A stretch of 63,668 nucleotides of DNA, counting the filler, from an uncultured Acidimicrobiia bacterium (GTDB lineage Bacteria; Actinomycetota; Acidimicrobiia; Spongiisociales; JAOTWH01), in the NCBI GenBank assembly GCA_964347285.1. It is 3 parts of 3 records of this genome, joined end to end, with 100 filler letters (N's around TTAATTAATTAA, not from the genome) between each part and the next. Parts side by side here need not be neighbours in the genome. Positions count along the whole stretch, not along the records: positions 53,651 to 63,668 come from CAYFYE010000089.1; 2 more parts are not named here. One strand, written 5' to 3'. Positions within the stretch are counted from its first letter, which is position 1. The number at the start of each line of letters is the position of its first letter. Made by a program: the position numbers and the translations under genes. The notes beneath the pieces are model-generated. The model was not told the origin of the DNA. It saw only the letters and a list, made by a program, of their open reading frames with translations, and did no database searches. Of this stretch, positions 62,051-63,668 are shown piece after piece.

Positions 62051-62136
62051 CCGATTTCCTCCTCTCGTTGCCCAGTCCCCCGTGGGGACGGCTCACCACC
62101 CTAGACCGGGTGGCGATGGTGTGCATGGCGACCGCC

Positions 62137-63024
62137 TCATGCGGCCGCCAGTCCTTTCAAGAACTCCACGCTGCGGGCCGCCGCGGCGATGGGCCCGGCC
62201 CCGGGGGCCGGTTCGGCGCCGAGGACGGCGTCCTGCTCGAGCACGTACCAGCCGTCGTACCCGGCATCCTCGAGCAGCGTGACCACTTCAGCGATGCCGG
62301 CCCGGCCGTTACCGAGAGGCCGGTACATTCCTTCGGCGACGGCGTCCCGGTATCCGATCGCTCCGGCCCGCACCCGGGCCGCCATCTCGGCGTCGACGTC
62401 TTTGAGATGGACGTGGCGCACTCGATCGGCGGCCATGCGGGTGATGTCGACGGGGTCGCCGCCGCCGACCATCACGTGCCCGGTATCGATGCACACCCCG
62501 ACCGGTGACGCCTCCAGCAAGCGGGCGATGTGGTGGGGCTGCTCGATGACCGTTCCGTAGTGGGGATGGAGGGCCACGGTCAGGCCGTGGGAACCGGCGA
62601 TGTCCTCGACCGCGGCGATGCCGGCGACGAGCGTGCTCCATTTAGAGTCATCGAGATCGGCGGCCGCTTCGTAGCCTTCGGCCGCAGAGTCGGCGGCCAG
62701 CACCAGTACGGTCGCGCCGCATCCCCCGAGGGTGGCCGCCGCCCGCCGGACGTAGTCGAGGGAAGCGCCGAGGCGTTCCTCGTCGTGGAGGACGGCCGGG
62801 ACGAAGCCGGCCACCAGCTCCAGGCGGTGCGCCGCCAGCAGCGTGGCCAGCTCACCGGGATCGGCGGGCAGGAAGCCGTCGGGCCCCAGTTCGGTGGCCC
62901 GCATCCCCACCGAGGAGATCTCGGCGAGGACCCGCTCCGGTCCCATCTGGTGGCCCCAGCCGGGGACCTCGCACACTCCCCAAGTGATGGGGGCGCCGGC
63001 GATGCGCTCCAGAAGCGTGCTCAT
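62137..63024 (-). CDS. iolE: Inosose dehydratase-like TIM-barrel protein
   Basis: 'APITWGVCE', 'HPHYGT', 'DTGH', 'HVHLKD', 'VLEQD'; inositol cluster. Confidence 0.75.
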   Translation of the reverse strand: MSTLLERIAGAPITWGVCEVPGWGHQMGPERVLAEISSVGMRATELGPDGFLPADPGELATLLAAHRLELVAGFVPAVLHDEERLGASLDYVRRAAATLGGCGATVLVLAADSAAEGYEAAADLDDSKWSTLVAGIAAVEDIAGSHGLTVALHPHYGTVIEQPHHIARLLEASPVGVCIDTGHVMVGGGDPVDITRMAADRVRHVHLKDVDAEMAARVRAGAIGYRDAVAEGMYRPLGNGRAGIAEVVTLLEDAGYDGWYVLEQDAVLGAEPAPGAGPIAAAARSVEFLKGLAAA

Positions 63025-63668
63025 CCGACCTCGCGCACTGCGACCGGACGGTGCTCGGCACGGGAGAGGTCACAGGCCACCGCCACCGCCATTGCGGCGC
63101 GGGCTCCTTCGGGTGGACAGGGGTTGGCGGCCCGGCCGGCCGCTACCTCCATGAACACGCCGAGTTCCCGGCGATAGGCATCGGCGAAGCGGCCCAGGAA
63201 ATCCGGATAGGCGGGACCACGAGGCTCGGGCACGCCGGCCTCGAGGGAACGCAAGGGGGTGCGGTCGTCCCAGCCGACCACCACGCTGTCCTTGGCGCCG
63301 AACAGCTCCATCCTGATGTCGTAACCCCTCGGATCGTGGCGGGATGCAGAGGCGATGCCCAGCGTTCCCTCACTGAGCCTGAAGGAGGCGACGGCCGTGT
63401 CGACGTCGCCGGTGCCCTCGAATACGTCGGAAGCCAGGATCGACCCGTCGGCGTAGACCTCTTCCACGTCCTGGCCGGTCACGAAGTGCATGGCATCGAT
63501 GTCGTGAATCATGAAGTCGCGAAAGATGCCGCCGGAGGCCCGGATGAAGGAGGGCGGCGGCGGCTCGGGATCATGACTGGCAGTGCGGATCAGGTAGGGA
63601 GCACCCAGCTCGCCGTCGGCCACCAGCGCCCGGGCCCGGAGGTCCCCGGGTTCGAAACGGCGGTGAAA
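63021..63668 (-). CDS. iolG: Gfo/Idh/MocA oxidoreductase (inositol 2-dehydrogenase-like), C-terminal part
   Basis: 'SGGIFRDFMIHDID', 'GYDIRMELFG', 'RFADAYRREL'; runs off window edge. Confidence 0.78.
   Translation of the reverse strand, partial: FHRRFEPGDLRARALVADGELGAPYLIRTASHDPEPPPPSFIRASGGIFRDFMIHDIDAMHFVTGQDVEEVYADGSILASDVFEGTGDVDTAVASFRLSEGTLGIASASRHDPRGYDIRMELFGAKDSVVVGWDDRTPLRSLEAGVPEPRGPAYPDFLGRFADAYRRELGVFMEVAAGRAANPCPPEGARAAMAVAVACDLSRAEHRPVAVREVG

Overview
High-GC bacterial DNA whose gene content and protein families point to Actinomycetota, probably Acidimicrobiia (inference). The window is not one continuous molecule: two N-runs carrying the artificial TTAATTAATTAA linker (26868-26967, 53551-53650) join separate contigs, and a 100-N scaffold gap lies at 35828-35927. 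The content is mostly housekeeping and metabolism: tRNA-Tyr/Thr/Met upstream of tuf, htpX, a MidA/NDUFAF7-type methyltransferase, an 11-subunit complex I operon (nuoABCD-HIJKLMN, no nuoEFG), thioredoxin, an Fe(III) ABC transporter, tRNA-Sec, a caa3-type oxidase operon, an LCP locus, a group-2-like sigma-70 factor, a HerA-like ATPase, maeB, a hut operon and an inositol-type catabolism/ABC cluster. The most unusual signal is a ~150-157 bp non-coding element present twice in tandem after nuoD and once, diverged, after the Fe ABC ATPase gene. Each copy lies just past a stop codon in the gene's sense orientation and is followed by an imperfect duplicate of that gene's 3' end. The two variants share spacing, a 14-nt identical core and two hairpins with four compensatory base-pair changes, which suggests a structured, gene-end-targeting mobile RNA/ssDNA element. 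No transposase, integrase or CRISPR array was seen.
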